DNA of 64,000 nucleotides from a virus. Below are positions 11,034 to 23,057 of the stretch, one piece after another (position 1 is the first letter of the stretch; the number at the start of each line of letters is the position of its first letter). The notes beneath the pieces are model-generated. The model was not told where the DNA came from and searched no databases. It worked only from the letters and a program-made list of their open reading frames with translations. The DNA lies in IMG/VR virus record IMGVR_UViG_3300017527_000515, positions 32,001-96,000 of that record; one strand, 5' to 3'. Position numbers and translations under genes: made by a program.

Positions 11034-13907
11034 TTACTCCGCATTCAGATACCAGTAAGCTCTAATTTTAGAGGTGTAATCACCAGTGTCCTGTGGATTC
11101 AAATACTGTACGTCTGACTTTAAATAATATCTACCATAATTCCCTGGATATATATTAGGTATTTCTATAGCACGTTGTGTGTAGATACCAGCTACTTCAG
11201 GAGAATTAGCAGAGTTGTCTGCACGTAAAGTTATTCTTACCTGGTGATACTGTTCATTAGAAAAATTATAATCTCGTAATGAGACTTTCTGCCACTCAGA
11301 ATGATTGGCCCACTGGCCATCTATTGATATAGGGAAATTAGAAGCGTGGTCATCAGTTAAATCATTATATACCTGTGATCTCACTCCGTACCTATTGTAA
11401 TCAAAAGTTCCCTTTGCGCCACCTTCTACCCTAGGGTAAGCCCAAGTTCTTAATATTCGCTTGTGCTCTTTACTAACATAACTAGCTTCTGGTGCTACAG
11501 ACGAACTGCCGCCAGATTGCTTAGTTATAACGCCGGAATCACACACTGTAAAATGAAACAGATCTGGAATCTCCACGCTGAAATACTCTGTACCGTCCGA
11601 CCTCAGATGTCTGATAACATACCCATCATGCAGCCAAAAACCATCTTCACCGTCACTATATACATAGGATGCAGTATCTGAAGGTATATCTATAGCTGTA
11701 ACAAACTCACCAGCATAGTTCAATCTTTGTAACACTGCGCCCTGTATGAACCAACAACCTCCGTCAGGCAGAGAAAATAACCCACGAACTTCATCTGTAG
11801 CTAAGTAAGAAGCTATTATACTGCCCGTTTTATCTATTTTAAATACGGTGGATAGATCCCTATCTGTATACCACAGTTCACCTGAGCTATCGTAAACAGA
11901 ATCCATGTCGTACAGAAATGTTCCTTGGGCGGCGGTGGCTGATCTCCTATATTGTCTGCTTAAAGAACTATTATAGTAGTCTAAGTAGTAGGAACCTCCC
12001 GATGCTCCATTTCTACTTAAATAAAAATATACCCAGAATCCACCGACATTATTAGGAGTCAGTTTATAAGTACTCCAATAACATGAATAATCGTAGTCAC
12101 CGTCTGATATTTTGAGACTAGTTAGGTTGCCACTTTTTCTTCTGATCCTAAACCATATCTCTGTATCACCGTAATATCCTGTGTAGTAAGGTTTGTCAAC
12201 TATATACTCATCTTCTCTTATGGAATCATACCAATATTCCCAATAGTTACTTGTTCGGCCCCATCTGCCCCAGTCTGAACTTGTTTCTGCTATGGACCCA
12301 TCAGCTGCCCATCTGTGTCTAGTAAATTTAGTTTCGGCAGTGTAATTTCCAGTCATTTCTATATACGACAATCTATCCATGGGCTTAGAATTAGAACTTC
12401 TAATCTCTATATTCTCTAAGGTGTCCTCATCATCAGTGGCTATTATAGACTTGGCTCCAGCAGTAGCGGTGTAATTCTTTATTACTTTCACATTATCTAG
12501 AGAAGTATTTCTAGTAACAGACATATTTTCTACATCCAGTACTATTTTACCGGTCAAATCTATGTCGGTATGTTGAGCTAATACATAAGTATACATCCAA
12601 TCTGGTTCGGGGTCCCCAGAAGGCCAGAATTTTAATCTAACATCATTAAATTCTCTCTGGAATTTAAAATCATACCAAGTATCTAGATTATATCTAGCCC
12701 AATCATTACCATAATAATCCCTCAGGTCCCAAATATGAGTTCCATTTATGTACCATTGAAAAATATCATACTCCGGGTTTCCGTTGTAATGGTTAGTGCC
12801 CGGACTAAATCTCAAGTATAATCCATCTGAAAAAGTCAGAGTACCACCATAATAGGTAGGCCCATAATATACATACGGCCATCTAAACTTAAAGGAGAGC
12901 ATAAAGTCCTGGCTGTAACTGACATCGTACTTCGTTTCTACAGTAGCAGAATCTGGATTAGTATGCTCATCGTATATATTTAAGTTGTTATTGAAAGTTA
13001 TGTTCACATTGTTATCACGAACTATAGTCCATTTTTCTCCGCCGAAGCTAAAATCATCAAAGAATGAGGTCTCCGGTAAGACAATGGGATACTCTCTAGG
13101 TATCATCACGTGACTAAGTCGTTGGTTTTCGTCTAAAAGAAGTACTCTGGTGGTATAAGTACCTTCGGTTTGCGCGGCAGAAAGTTTCAATAACCCAGCG
13201 TCTTCTTCTGTATTATCATACGTACCAGTATCCCATGAGGTACCGGCCGCTATCTCATCTTCATCCCTATACACCCCATACCATGGACCGGCGGATGAGT
13301 TAGATATAGATAGTATATCGTCAGCCACTGTGTCCTGGGGCTCTATTAAAACCTTAGCGTTGGCTCTTATAGGACCACTGTTGTATATAAACATGGTGTT
13401 TATTTCAGTGAGGTCATTCTCTAGAGATAGGTTAACATTATGATCTGTCTTATCTCCATCCTCACCAAAATCTACATAAGTGTCGTCGTTTAATACTTGA
13501 AAACCATTTACAGAGCCGCCTGCGCCGCTTATTACAGTATGCTCTACTCGGATATATCTAGGGGCATCGGTGCCGGACACTATCGTGTACCAGTAAGCAC
13601 CATTATAGTAAGTGTTTAGACTTATATACACATCAAAGCTTTCATTTTTACAGAAAAATTTCACGCCTGAAGTAACTGTGCTGATCGGCGCGACAGTATC
13701 AAAATGATAATTAATCTCATCCACATGCACTCTAGACCCAAGATCACAATCGAGTACTAGGGTGCCTGATACCGTGCCGGAAGCTGGGACTGTAACATTA
13801 GCTGAAGTAGTAGATATAAGCTGTATAACCTCATCAGTGGATAGTTCTATATTACCCTCTGTTGTGTTGGCTATAACCTGTGAATGTGTAGCTAAGTTAT
13901 ACTTCAT
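11034..13907 (-). CDS. Large virion structural protein (957 aa) with a lectin-like insert and a beta-propeller-like region
   Basis: FFDDFS..W lectin-like segment and repeated GGxW/GxxW(F/Y) blades (GELWYTD, GGCWFI, DGFWLH). Lies within the structural operon. Confidence 0.6.
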   Translation of the reverse strand: MKYNLATHSQVIANTTEGNIELSTDEVIQLISTTSANVTVPASGTVSGTLVLDCDLGSRVHVDEINYHFDTVAPISTVTSGVKFFCKNESFDVYISLNTYYNGAYWYTIVSGTDAPRYIRVEHTVISGAGGSVNGFQVLNDDTYVDFGEDGDKTDHNVNLSLENDLTEINTMFIYNSGPIRANAKVLIEPQDTVADDILSISNSSAGPWYGVYRDEDEIAAGTSWDTGTYDNTEEDAGLLKLSAAQTEGTYTTRVLLLDENQRLSHVMIPREYPIVLPETSFFDDFSFGGEKWTIVRDNNVNITFNNNLNIYDEHTNPDSATVETKYDVSYSQDFMLSFKFRWPYVYYGPTYYGGTLTFSDGLYLRFSPGTNHYNGNPEYDIFQWYINGTHIWDLRDYYGNDWARYNLDTWYDFKFQREFNDVRLKFWPSGDPEPDWMYTYVLAQHTDIDLTGKIVLDVENMSVTRNTSLDNVKVIKNYTATAGAKSIIATDDEDTLENIEIRSSNSKPMDRLSYIEMTGNYTAETKFTRHRWAADGSIAETSSDWGRWGRTSNYWEYWYDSIREDEYIVDKPYYTGYYGDTEIWFRIRRKSGNLTSLKISDGDYDYSCYWSTYKLTPNNVGGFWVYFYLSRNGASGGSYYLDYYNSSLSRQYRRSATAAQGTFLYDMDSVYDSSGELWYTDRDLSTVFKIDKTGSIIASYLATDEVRGLFSLPDGGCWFIQGAVLQRLNYAGEFVTAIDIPSDTASYVYSDGEDGFWLHDGYVIRHLRSDGTEYFSVEIPDLFHFTVCDSGVITKQSGGSSSVAPEASYVSKEHKRILRTWAYPRVEGGAKGTFDYNRYGVRSQVYNDLTDDHASNFPISIDGQWANHSEWQKVSLRDYNFSNEQYHQVRITLRADNSANSPEVAGIYTQRAIEIPNIYPGNYGRYYLKSDVQYLNPQDTGDYTSKIRAYWYLNAE

Positions 13908-13908
13908 A

Positions 13909-16900
13909 TTAAACTCCTATATCCCAACTTGTTATTATGCCAGCTGTTCTATCTTCCTTACCTGTCAGATCATTTGGAATGATAGATCTTACGTATATTT
14001 GTTCTGAATCACCGGCCGGAACTTTCTCAAAAAAGAACGGCAGCATTGCGTCTCCTACCTTATAATAGGTTACATTATCTTGTGATATTTCAATCATTTT
14101 GGCCGGAAGTAGTAGGTCACTACTGTTGGTTGTGAATGTATTATTCATAGAATCTGTGAAGTCTGATTTACAATAATTATATATCCTAAGATTAGACACA
14201 ACACTGTTAACAGATGTAGTTTTTAGAGAACTAGAATGCTCTACCATAGCCAGTGGAGCTTTACCACCTAGTGTAAATTTCCAAAGCTTTTCATCTGTAT
14301 AAGACCATGGGTCATAATTAGTGGCTACTAGTCCATTATTGAGATAAATTTTTAGTGAACTATTATCACCACCTAGATTTTGACCATTAGCAGAAAATGA
14401 CACTGCTATATGAAAGAGTGCATCAGAAGTACCAGCTATTAATCCTTTAACTGCCATAGCCCTTAGGTCTTCTGCCAGATTACCATAGTATACTATCAAT
14501 CCCTCGGTGTTTATCATACAACCAAACACATCGTTGGCTACGTTACCAAAGTGGAATAAAGATCTATTCCTAAATCTACCATACACATCCAGACCAGCAA
14601 AATCATAGTCTGTTCTGAGCCACATCTCTACAGTACCTGCTTTAAGATCCAACTCACTAATAGGAGTTTCAAAATAATCAGAGCCTGCTAGATAGAGGCC
14701 CGGACCAAACTTAGATTGATCAGCAAAATGGTTTCTACCTATAACACCGCCATCTATGCTCATACTGAAAGCCTCGCCCCTACCTTTAAATTTAATACCC
14801 CATGTCTTGAGAGTTGTATACTCAGGTATCTCGGGTAGTATTATAGAAAATGGGTCGGCATCTTCATTATATATGAACTCGTCGGCCTCTCTTAATCTAA
14901 AGAACGGGAAATTCCAACCAGTGTTTAGCACCTCAACTCCAGACAAAGTACTTAAATACCATCTATATTCTACGGGTTCTGGGGAATTTGTTCCGTCAAC
15001 CCCGCCAAAGAATACATACCCTTCACTTGTGTCCAGTTTGTCTATATCCTCTATATACCATCTAAATGTTAGACCGTCTCTCCACTCTATATCAGAGTCC
15101 ACACCCCAGTCAGACCCCTCTATGAATCTAACTGTGTCTAACGCTGAGGATGCCGGATAATCTATCTTTAACGCGCTGGTGCACATAGTTACTGGCATAC
15201 TGTAATCTCTAGATAACTCACTGATTGTAGATTCCCACCACCATGGATAATCTATGGGATTCTCTTTACTTTCAGATTTTATTATTAAGTGCTTTAAATA
15301 ATCCACACCATACGCTTGATCACTTGCTGGGGTAGTAGCATTAGGTGGCTCCATGTTATGATACGTAGCAGTATCTCTCTTAACTAGTACCCACTGTTCG
15401 TAATCAGGTGTTACACCCCAATCAGTAAACGCTATCTTTTTAGGATCTTGATGAATCTCACCGGACCAAGCATAATTGGAGGAAGAGTTATCCCAGTCCA
15501 TTACATCACTCTCGACATCAAACCCTACCATTTCGTGGCCTAGGATGTAAAACTGATCTCTAAGATTCACTGCTATTATAGGCCATTCCTCACTGCTTAT
15601 TAGAGAATATCCGTAGTCCTCAAATACCTGAATCTCCCTCATACAGGTACCAGACCATCTATAGAAGTTTATCCCATCCTCCTCTTTAATCATGAACTCA
15701 CTGTTGGCTTTATAGTCAGTAATATATAGTCTTATATATCTAGCAACAAATGACGATGCCTTGTCATGGGTTCTAGTAAAAGATGTGTTGCTTGTTATAT
15801 CCCATCTAGTGGTAAATGTCTGACCATCCAAAGAAGATTCTATTCTATAGTCAGTGGCCATGAAATCACTATCACTAGTGCTGTAGCCATGGTATAATTT
15901 AACGCGGTAGATGGTCTTCTCAGATCCTAAATCTACCAACAACCACTGCTCGGATGAATTATCTGACAACCACGCATGTGCCCTCTCGTTATCTATCACG
16001 CCGTCTGTAACATTGACAGGTAGATATGTACCTACTGAGCTAGAGCCAGTTACTGCGGCACCTAACGCTGCATTATTACCGGTGGAGTATCCAGTTACTG
16101 AAGGTCCTAGGTCTACCCACCCATTAGTATTATAACTATGATTATCTGGGGATCTCACTTCAGTCAAGTCTGGGTATAATCCCAGCTTCTTAATGTAGCG
16201 CGAAGTATTATCACCATTTAACATTTCTACCGCTATCCAACGTGCGTCATCATACCAACTACGTTTGACTACTCTATCAGCATAATTTATCTTGAAATCT
16301 CTCCAGTATATCTTGGTAGTTGGGTAAGCGTTATCGCACTTCAATCCTAATTGTAGTCTGAAAACATCTTTGCCTTCGGCATCATGTACTGGTCTATCAT
16401 ATAACTCGTGCCATGAACCATTCTGATAGTACATCACATAGAAATGAAAGCCCTCTCTTATAACTCTTAATCCGACATCACTACTACTTAGAGCAGTATG
16501 TGATGAGGAGGTTGAGCCGCCATCGTAAAACACAGCTTTAGCTCTATAATATGGATTAGCAGTATCAGATCTATATTCCATTCTGGCCGAAACACGGGTG
16601 GTGTCTGTGGTAGTATCCTGCCAGCTAGATAAAACTTCATCAGAAAACTGCACCATTAAGAAGGCCCACCATTGAAAGGTGCTAGGGGCATTTACCTTGC
16701 CGCATTTTATTTCTATATCGAAATCACCTCTGAAGCCAAAGTTGGAAGTGAACCTACCGTCGGTCATATCACTGTCTACTCGTTGCTCTAATCTACCATT
16801 GTGCATACTTAGATATTTAGTTTCTTGGCCTGTAACGCTGTTGCTAATATACCATCTATCTCTATCTATAGGTAGCCCGCCATACCCATAGAAATCATCA

Positions 16901-19900
16901 TCGGTATCGTACTCTGGCTCAGTCATGAAAGCTTCGTGGGGATCATCTGTATCTATATTGGAGTAAATTACATTAGCTGTCTTAGTTATTAGATGATCAT
17001 TAGTAGCACCGTATCTTCTGAGGAAATCTATGTTATATCTATGGCCCAGATCTATGGCAAAATATGTGTTATATTTAGCCGCAAAGCTATTGTCCGGGAA
17101 GTAATACAAGTAAGGTAAATATGTATTATTAGCCACAGGGAATTGAGAGTCTACGTTAGAATGATGACCAAAGAATTGATTGTCATCACTGACATAAAAT
17201 GAAAATGGGTACATTCTTTCATAGGGCTTAATTGGTGTTTGCCACATACTAGCATAGCCCAAAGTAGCACCTGCTCCTGAAGTACTTCCAGTAGCGTATC
17301 TATGCCCACCATGGTCTGTGCCACCATCATAGTTAGCTCTTGACGTTCTTGGCTCACATATCCAGCCATCTAAACCCTTGCCTATAAGTATATCAGAACC
17401 GCCAGGCATAAAATACATAATAGACGAATTGCCTGGGTAAGAACTATCAAATGTGGCTCTACCATCTATATCAAAAAAAGCTAATCTATAGAACCCACCA
17501 TAAGCATACTGTTTGCCAGATGAAAAGACCATAAAATACCACTTGTCTTTTACTATGTTGAAATGGTTTACATACCTACTGTATCCAGTTTGGCCATTAT
17601 ATTCTTGTAGAGACCAATTATAGCTATATGCAGAGCCTTTGTTAACCCACCACTCCCATCTATAATAGCTACCATCACTGGCACAATACAACGCCAACCT
17701 CCATCCTCTATACTGGCTTACAGGGGTAGCACTGTAATCGTACTGCTCCATTATAACCTGTCTTTCGCCGCGGGCAGGTAATGTTCTAAACTTTATCCAA
17801 AAATCATGAGTGTGGTATCTACTAGTTACATCCAGTTCTTTACTATTCGTTACCTGTAAATAGTTGTTGGTACCGGAAGGTATTCTCACGCTGCATTTTT
17901 CATAGTCTTCCAGCTCCTCGTCTCTGAACGGGTAATGTTTAACATCATGATCTACATGTAGTTTTAAATCATATACAGTACCTGTTACAGAACCACAGCT
18001 ATTTTCAGTACCTATTGCCGACGTTATGGGGTGTAAAGCACTGCCACCTACAGCTAACTCATTGGCTTCCCAATATATATTAGTAGTCCTTGTGAGATTT
18101 GCTATACGATTGGTTCCATCTATAGCATCAGTCCATACTTCGGCTCTGTATGTTATAGCGTCCGTATCTCTATGATCGTTATCCCCGCCATAACATGTTA
18201 ACTTACAATAGTATTTAGTATCCATATCTAAACCACTAACATAAGTATTCGAATAGCCATTGGGGCTAGTCACACTATAATATCCAATAGTAAAAGGAGC
18301 ATTCTGTCTTACAGCTAAACCAAACCTACCGGGCCATGTACCATTAGAACCTGACTTTGATGGCGGTCCGAACCACATCTGGACTCCAGCAAAGAAATTA
18401 CTACTTATCCTCCGTCTGGCGCTAATCACTCCTACACTCACTGCTGGTTGGTAATCTGTGTAGGTACCACCGTGTGGGTCGCGGCTTCCTGGAGTATAAT
18501 CATTAAGCTCTATCTCAAATGTCACTTCGAATGGCATCTGCTGAAATAGTTTGTATGCTTCGTAACCAGGGTCCTCTCTCATGTCATAATAATATCTATC
18601 ATTTCCTGTCCGGTAGCATCTTGCTACAAAGTCTACATATCCTGGGAACTCACAAATTCCGCTAGTAACTGTACCGCTAGCTGACACGCCAGTAAAACTA
18701 GTTGGTGGTGCCCCTGCGGCATTAGGATAACTAGAGTCGGTTTTCTTTGCCCATTCTGTTAGTGCTGTTGTGCAGCCCATATCTGCATCCAACGCCACAT
18801 TACTGTCAGCCTCTCCTAGATCTATATATGTAGATCCATGCATAGTTACATCGTGTTCATAGTAACTAACGTCTTGTATATATCTTTCGCCGGTGTTTCT
18901 ATCGAACCAAGAGCGCAGACACATCTTAGTATATTTATCTATACCAGAATAGGGGGTCGATGTTCTTTGGAAATTTATATAATCACTTCTACCATCATGC
19001 CATAATTCTATTCTGCCCAACGATATTTGCTCACCTAAATCCATTGTTATGTATTGATCGCCTGCCAGTGTGTAATAACTACCCACTATAGAAGTGTTCT
19101 CTAAATGAGGAGCACGTTCATTAACTGGAGCATCCTCCCAAGTCTTATTTAGATCATGATAAAACTCTGGGTCCAGTAGGTTACCATCACCATCGTAAGC
19201 CCTCATCTCTCTCACGTTCATTGTAGTTCTTGGGTCCATTAATCCGAACTTCCAATATCTATTACGTGAAAGCTGTGGCACGTAAACAGTAGTCTTAGAA
19301 GACGTAGGTAAATTATAGAAATTTATAGAATCACCATTGCTGAGTTCTCCATACTCAGTCCAGTCCAACATATCATTGTATGTATAATGGGCTGTGGCTC
19401 CCTCTATTAAATCCGCAAGGCCAAAAGTATGACAGTTTATAGCACAGTTATAATCTTGGTTCTTTAAAGCGTAGTTAGGTAATTTATAATAACCTGAATC
19501 TGGGCCAATTACTGGATTAGATATATTTGGTATGTTAGATAAGTCACTGTAATAGATCAGTCCCTCTTCTACTAATTTACCTGGGTCTATATCCACATAT
19601 AAATCATACGGTGCTCCGTAGTTATTCTTAATAGTAACCAGTTGGCCTTCATTTATCTGACCTACCTTAGAGTGCTCAGAGTAATATATATATTCACAGC
19701 CCTTCTCGCCAGCATGTAGGTCTTCAGTTTTAACGTATAAAACTACATCATCATACCTGGTTTCGGTTACTGGTATTATCTCCAGTGTGAAGTGTTGGGG
19801 GGAGTCCCCTACGTATATTTCCACTAAATTTTCAGTTTTCTGTACGGACTCTGTAGGCCACCACTCCTCACCGTAGTCAGAGAAAGTCATAACAATTCCG

Positions 19901-22644
19901 CCGGATAAATTAGAACCTATATCCTCAGCAACACCGTAAAGCTCCATCTCTGTAATCTTTGTAGATTTGTGGAAGTCTGTATAAATTCTCCAACCCTTAC
20001 AGATTATAGGCTCCCATTGGTGCTCTATTATTTGCCAATCTACCCTGCGGGCTGTTTGCCATTCTTCAGCATTTGACACATCGAACGTCTGATAAGTAAA
20101 ATAACCACTCTCCTGGCCGGAGTCTGCTCTGTGAGAATAATCCTGTATAACGTCAGAGTATACTGGGTCCCACTCATAAATCACACTACTGGTGGGAGTA
20201 GCTATCATCTCACCGGTGGTGGGGTTCTTAAATAGATATTCAGCTACCTGATTATAGGTTGGCGAGCCTTCGTAAAATTCCACATTGTCCAATATAATCT
20301 TAGTATATTCTGGTATAAGATCATAACGATAATCATCAGCATCGCCTAGAGTGTAATAGAAACCTCCATATGTAGAGGTAGCAAAGTTTCTAAAATTAAA
20401 TTTTTCTTTGAAATAAATTTTAGATTTATATATCTTCTTCTCTTTCTCGTGTGGGAAATGAATATATATAGCTATAGGATCTTCGTCGAAATCAAACACT
20501 GCCTGACTACCGTGTATGTACGTGGCGTGTAACCACACAGCTAACCACTCTTCATCACCATTGACCCAAAAATAATGAGGATTACTAGGAACAACTCCTG
20601 GTCCGGCGTCGTAATTCCAATGTGTGCTAGACAAATCTGTAGTGAGACTATAACTATCACAAGCCAAGCCATCAGGCACATTGTACACACCGTCACTGAG
20701 ATTATCTAAACCATAGTGCACATTAAATCTTTGATACCAAAACTCTCCTGGCATATCTATACGTTTGTGGAATGTCCAATGAAATTCACCGAAAAGGCTA
20801 ACCTCCCAGTTTATGTCCAAACACCTAGCTATATTATATTCTAAAATATTATTAAGGGCCTCGCCCTTCATCTCTACTTTTTCTATATTATACCTATGTC
20901 CTAGATCTATATCAAGGTATAATCTCTTTTGGGGATCATAACCGTGGGCGTATACCAATAGCCCGCCGCTACCTTCTCCGTATAGCCTAAGGGGATTAAA
21001 AATTTCGCCCTGCTCTGGCTTACCTTCTATCTGATGGTACTGAGCATCCACTTCATTACCGGTAACACTCTTACCCACATACATATTTATATTGTAAAAG
21101 GCAAGCATGTCGCCTTTATTTACAAAAACATCTATATCTATATCTATACCTTCTTGGGTTAATGAATACAAAGCATCGTTATAACCTCTATCGATATCTC
21201 TATCAACTAAGGACCATTCATATATAACCTGCATTGTACCGTCTCTTTTGGGACGTACCACCATAACCTTGGCGCCCGATAACTCATCTCCTTTACGTGT
21301 TCCTGTAGTATGGCCACTTGAGCCAGTTTCATGGGGCGTTTTTCTATAATTTGGAGAATCCAATGAGCACATAGCCCATATTTTTCTTATTCTACCGCTG
21401 GCATTAAATGGATGGTTGTAGTCTATTATAGTGCGATCATCGTTAGTTATCATGTAATATTTACGAATTACTTGACCACTAACATCACCATCATTATTTC
21501 CTATTGCAGAAGACATTACGCCGGTGCTTGAAGATAACCAATCCCTGCGGCCGCCCTCTATACTATATTGAAATGGATTAAATGTTAATGCAGTCCTTTC
21601 ATTGTTATCTAACAATCCAAATGCTTGATGAGTTTTTATTTTAAAACTAGACAGAGGAGAGTACCCATTAACTGGCGTAGTGCCATCCGTTTTAGTGGTT
21701 ACATCTTGCCCATATTTATTAGTAAAGTTTAAATACCTAGCCAGATCATTGTCCACAACCTCAACTGTGGAATCTACGTGAAGTGTACCACTGTGTATTT
21801 TAAAAGTATTATCGCTTGTGTACTCTACTTGTACCTCAGAGTACCCACCTATGTTCGTCCTAGATATACCCCTAGCTAGAGAGTTTGCTACCTCTCTGCC
21901 GCTGCCATTCAGTACTTCTCTAATCTTTACTATTTCTTCACCATAGCCATTTATATTTATTATAAATTCCGTAAGATCTTCTATATTGAATCTTTTATTT
22001 GGTTCATGTGATTGGGATTCACACGTAGCTCTTTCGCCTATCCACGGACATGGGTAGGAATATTCACTAAACTTTTCACAGGTAGTATTTCTACATTCAT
22101 GGGATTCAGTAGAAAATATCTCTATCCCTCTTATAAAAAACTCATCGCCATCTGCGCCGTCCGCAATAGCTGGCCAAAATCTTAAGTCATTGATGTCGCC
22201 CTGCCACCACTGTTGAACTCCCACATTAATAACATAGGTGTGCCACTGATTATCTGCCTCTATATCAAATAGTATTTCTTTATCTTCCCCCCAATTAGCT
22301 GACTGTAGAGTTCTCCATTCTAACTTAGCTTGGGTAGGTAGTGGGTGATTACCTCTCTCGTCTCTGGGCCAAGGGTTATACTTCATCACTATACGAACAA
22401 AGTAATGGGTGATAGCATTAACGGGACGGAATACACTAAACCTACCTATAGTTCCCCATTCTCCTAACAACGTACCGAACAGGAATCCTCCCCAACAACC
22501 ATAGGTATGTATATTTCTGAAATATTCCCAACCATCTACCTCACCATTTCTAGAAAAGTCTGCAGAGTATCCAGTAGTACTGTCGTGTAAGCACTTGAGA
22601 GATTGAGTTATGGTAGCATCCTGTGCTATATAATTAGAACCCAT
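13909..22644 (-). CDS. Giant virion adhesion/baseplate-associated protein (2911 aa) with discoidin and LamG-like domains
   Basis: NAALGAAVTGSS..VTDG..WLLVDLG..ARYIRLYI..MREIQVF (F5/8C) and GTVEMWLR..FHIAVSF..LKIYLNN..VSNLRIYN (LamG-like). Confidence 0.75.
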   Translation of the reverse strand: MGSNYIAQDATITQSLKCLHDSTTGYSADFSRNGEVDGWEYFRNIHTYGCWGGFLFGTLLGEWGTIGRFSVFRPVNAITHYFVRIVMKYNPWPRDERGNHPLPTQAKLEWRTLQSANWGEDKEILFDIEADNQWHTYVINVGVQQWWQGDINDLRFWPAIADGADGDEFFIRGIEIFSTESHECRNTTCEKFSEYSYPCPWIGERATCESQSHEPNKRFNIEDLTEFIININGYGEEIVKIREVLNGSGREVANSLARGISRTNIGGYSEVQVEYTSDNTFKIHSGTLHVDSTVEVVDNDLARYLNFTNKYGQDVTTKTDGTTPVNGYSPLSSFKIKTHQAFGLLDNNERTALTFNPFQYSIEGGRRDWLSSSTGVMSSAIGNNDGDVSGQVIRKYYMITNDDRTIIDYNHPFNASGRIRKIWAMCSLDSPNYRKTPHETGSSGHTTGTRKGDELSGAKVMVVRPKRDGTMQVIYEWSLVDRDIDRGYNDALYSLTQEGIDIDIDVFVNKGDMLAFYNINMYVGKSVTGNEVDAQYHQIEGKPEQGEIFNPLRLYGEGSGGLLVYAHGYDPQKRLYLDIDLGHRYNIEKVEMKGEALNNILEYNIARCLDINWEVSLFGEFHWTFHKRIDMPGEFWYQRFNVHYGLDNLSDGVYNVPDGLACDSYSLTTDLSSTHWNYDAGPGVVPSNPHYFWVNGDEEWLAVWLHATYIHGSQAVFDFDEDPIAIYIHFPHEKEKKIYKSKIYFKEKFNFRNFATSTYGGFYYTLGDADDYRYDLIPEYTKIILDNVEFYEGSPTYNQVAEYLFKNPTTGEMIATPTSSVIYEWDPVYSDVIQDYSHRADSGQESGYFTYQTFDVSNAEEWQTARRVDWQIIEHQWEPIICKGWRIYTDFHKSTKITEMELYGVAEDIGSNLSGGIVMTFSDYGEEWWPTESVQKTENLVEIYVGDSPQHFTLEIIPVTETRYDDVVLYVKTEDLHAGEKGCEYIYYSEHSKVGQINEGQLVTIKNNYGAPYDLYVDIDPGKLVEEGLIYYSDLSNIPNISNPVIGPDSGYYKLPNYALKNQDYNCAINCHTFGLADLIEGATAHYTYNDMLDWTEYGELSNGDSINFYNLPTSSKTTVYVPQLSRNRYWKFGLMDPRTTMNVREMRAYDGDGNLLDPEFYHDLNKTWEDAPVNERAPHLENTSIVGSYYTLAGDQYITMDLGEQISLGRIELWHDGRSDYINFQRTSTPYSGIDKYTKMCLRSWFDRNTGERYIQDVSYYEHDVTMHGSTYIDLGEADSNVALDADMGCTTALTEWAKKTDSSYPNAAGAPPTSFTGVSASGTVTSGICEFPGYVDFVARCYRTGNDRYYYDMREDPGYEAYKLFQQMPFEVTFEIELNDYTPGSRDPHGGTYTDYQPAVSVGVISARRRISSNFFAGVQMWFGPPSKSGSNGTWPGRFGLAVRQNAPFTIGYYSVTSPNGYSNTYVSGLDMDTKYYCKLTCYGGDNDHRDTDAITYRAEVWTDAIDGTNRIANLTRTTNIYWEANELAVGGSALHPITSAIGTENSCGSVTGTVYDLKLHVDHDVKHYPFRDEELEDYEKCSVRIPSGTNNYLQVTNSKELDVTSRYHTHDFWIKFRTLPARGERQVIMEQYDYSATPVSQYRGWRLALYCASDGSYYRWEWWVNKGSAYSYNWSLQEYNGQTGYSRYVNHFNIVKDKWYFMVFSSGKQYAYGGFYRLAFFDIDGRATFDSSYPGNSSIMYFMPGGSDILIGKGLDGWICEPRTSRANYDGGTDHGGHRYATGSTSGAGATLGYASMWQTPIKPYERMYPFSFYVSDDNQFFGHHSNVDSQFPVANNTYLPYLYYFPDNSFAAKYNTYFAIDLGHRYNIDFLRRYGATNDHLITKTANVIYSNIDTDDPHEAFMTEPEYDTDDDFYGYGGLPIDRDRWYISNSVTGQETKYLSMHNGRLEQRVDSDMTDGRFTSNFGFRGDFDIEIKCGKVNAPSTFQWWAFLMVQFSDEVLSSWQDTTTDTTRVSARMEYRSDTANPYYRAKAVFYDGGSTSSSHTALSSSDVGLRVIREGFHFYVMYYQNGSWHELYDRPVHDAEGKDVFRLQLGLKCDNAYPTTKIYWRDFKINYADRVVKRSWYDDARWIAVEMLNGDNTSRYIKKLGLYPDLTEVRSPDNHSYNTNGWVDLGPSVTGYSTGNNAALGAAVTGSSSVGTYLPVNVTDGVIDNERAHAWLSDNSSEQWLLVDLGSEKTIYRVKLYHGYSTSDSDFMATDYRIESSLDGQTFTTRWDITSNTSFTRTHDKASSFVARYIRLYITDYKANSEFMIKEEDGINFYRWSGTCMREIQVFEDYGYSLISSEEWPIIAVNLRDQFYILGHEMVGFDVESDVMDWDNSSSNYAWSGEIHQDPKKIAFTDWGVTPDYEQWVLVKRDTATYHNMEPPNATTPASDQAYGVDYLKHLIIKSESKENPIDYPWWWESTISELSRDYSMPVTMCTSALKIDYPASSALDTVRFIEGSDWGVDSDIEWRDGLTFRWYIEDIDKLDTSEGYVFFGGVDGTNSPEPVEYRWYLSTLSGVEVLNTGWNFPFFRLREADEFIYNEDADPFSIILPEIPEYTTLKTWGIKFKGRGEAFSMSIDGGVIGRNHFADQSKFGPGLYLAGSDYFETPISELDLKAGTVEMWLRTDYDFAGLDVYGRFRNRSLFHFGNVANDVFGCMINTEGLIVYYGNLAEDLRAMAVKGLIAGTSDALFHIAVSFSANGQNLGGDNSSLKIYLNNGLVATNYDPWSYTDEKLWKFTLGGKAPLAMVEHSSSLKTTSVNSVVSNLRIYNYCKSDFTDSMNNTFTTNSSDLLLPAKMIEISQDNVTYYKVGDAMLPFFFEKVPAGDSEQIYVRSIIPNDLTGKEDRTAGIITSWDIGV

Positions 22645-23047
22645 ACGGTAGCCTCTTTAATTCGCATTTATTATAAATATGTTGAGGACACGACCCCTTA
22701 CCGTCGTACCCGTTACATTTCCCACAATAATAGAATATTCTATTAGTCTTTCTAAGTCCGCCTGGGTCGGGCATTTGCCCCATAGCAATCCTAGTAAATA
22801 TTCTATCTGAAAGATGTTTTCTAAATACTTTTTCTATTTCCTTCATGGTGTATCTGACTTCTGCATCGCAATCATTACATGTCATTACCAATATATCACT
22901 TATGGTCCCATCTTTTAATTTATCTATATCATCCAGTTTGAATACTTCTGGGTGCTGCCACGCCTCCATAGTTAATCTCTGGTTGTACATAAGCCTTCCC
23001 TTGTCGCAAGAATCACACGGTAAATATCTTATCATATCACTAAACAT
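22634..23047 (-). CDS. Small Cys-rich zinc-finger-like protein (137 aa)
   Basis: Three CxxC pairs (CDSC, CNDC, CGKC) plus C-terminal Cys. GGAG RBS. Overlaps the next gene by 11 nt. Confidence 0.7.
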   Translation of the reverse strand: MFSDMIRYLPCDSCDKGRLMYNQRLTMEAWQHPEVFKLDDIDKLKDGTISDILVMTCNDCDAEVRYTMKEIEKVFRKHLSDRIFTRIAMGQMPDPGGLRKTNRIFYYCGKCNGYDGKGSCPQHIYNKCELKRLPYGF

Positions 23048-23057
23048 ATCCTACTCC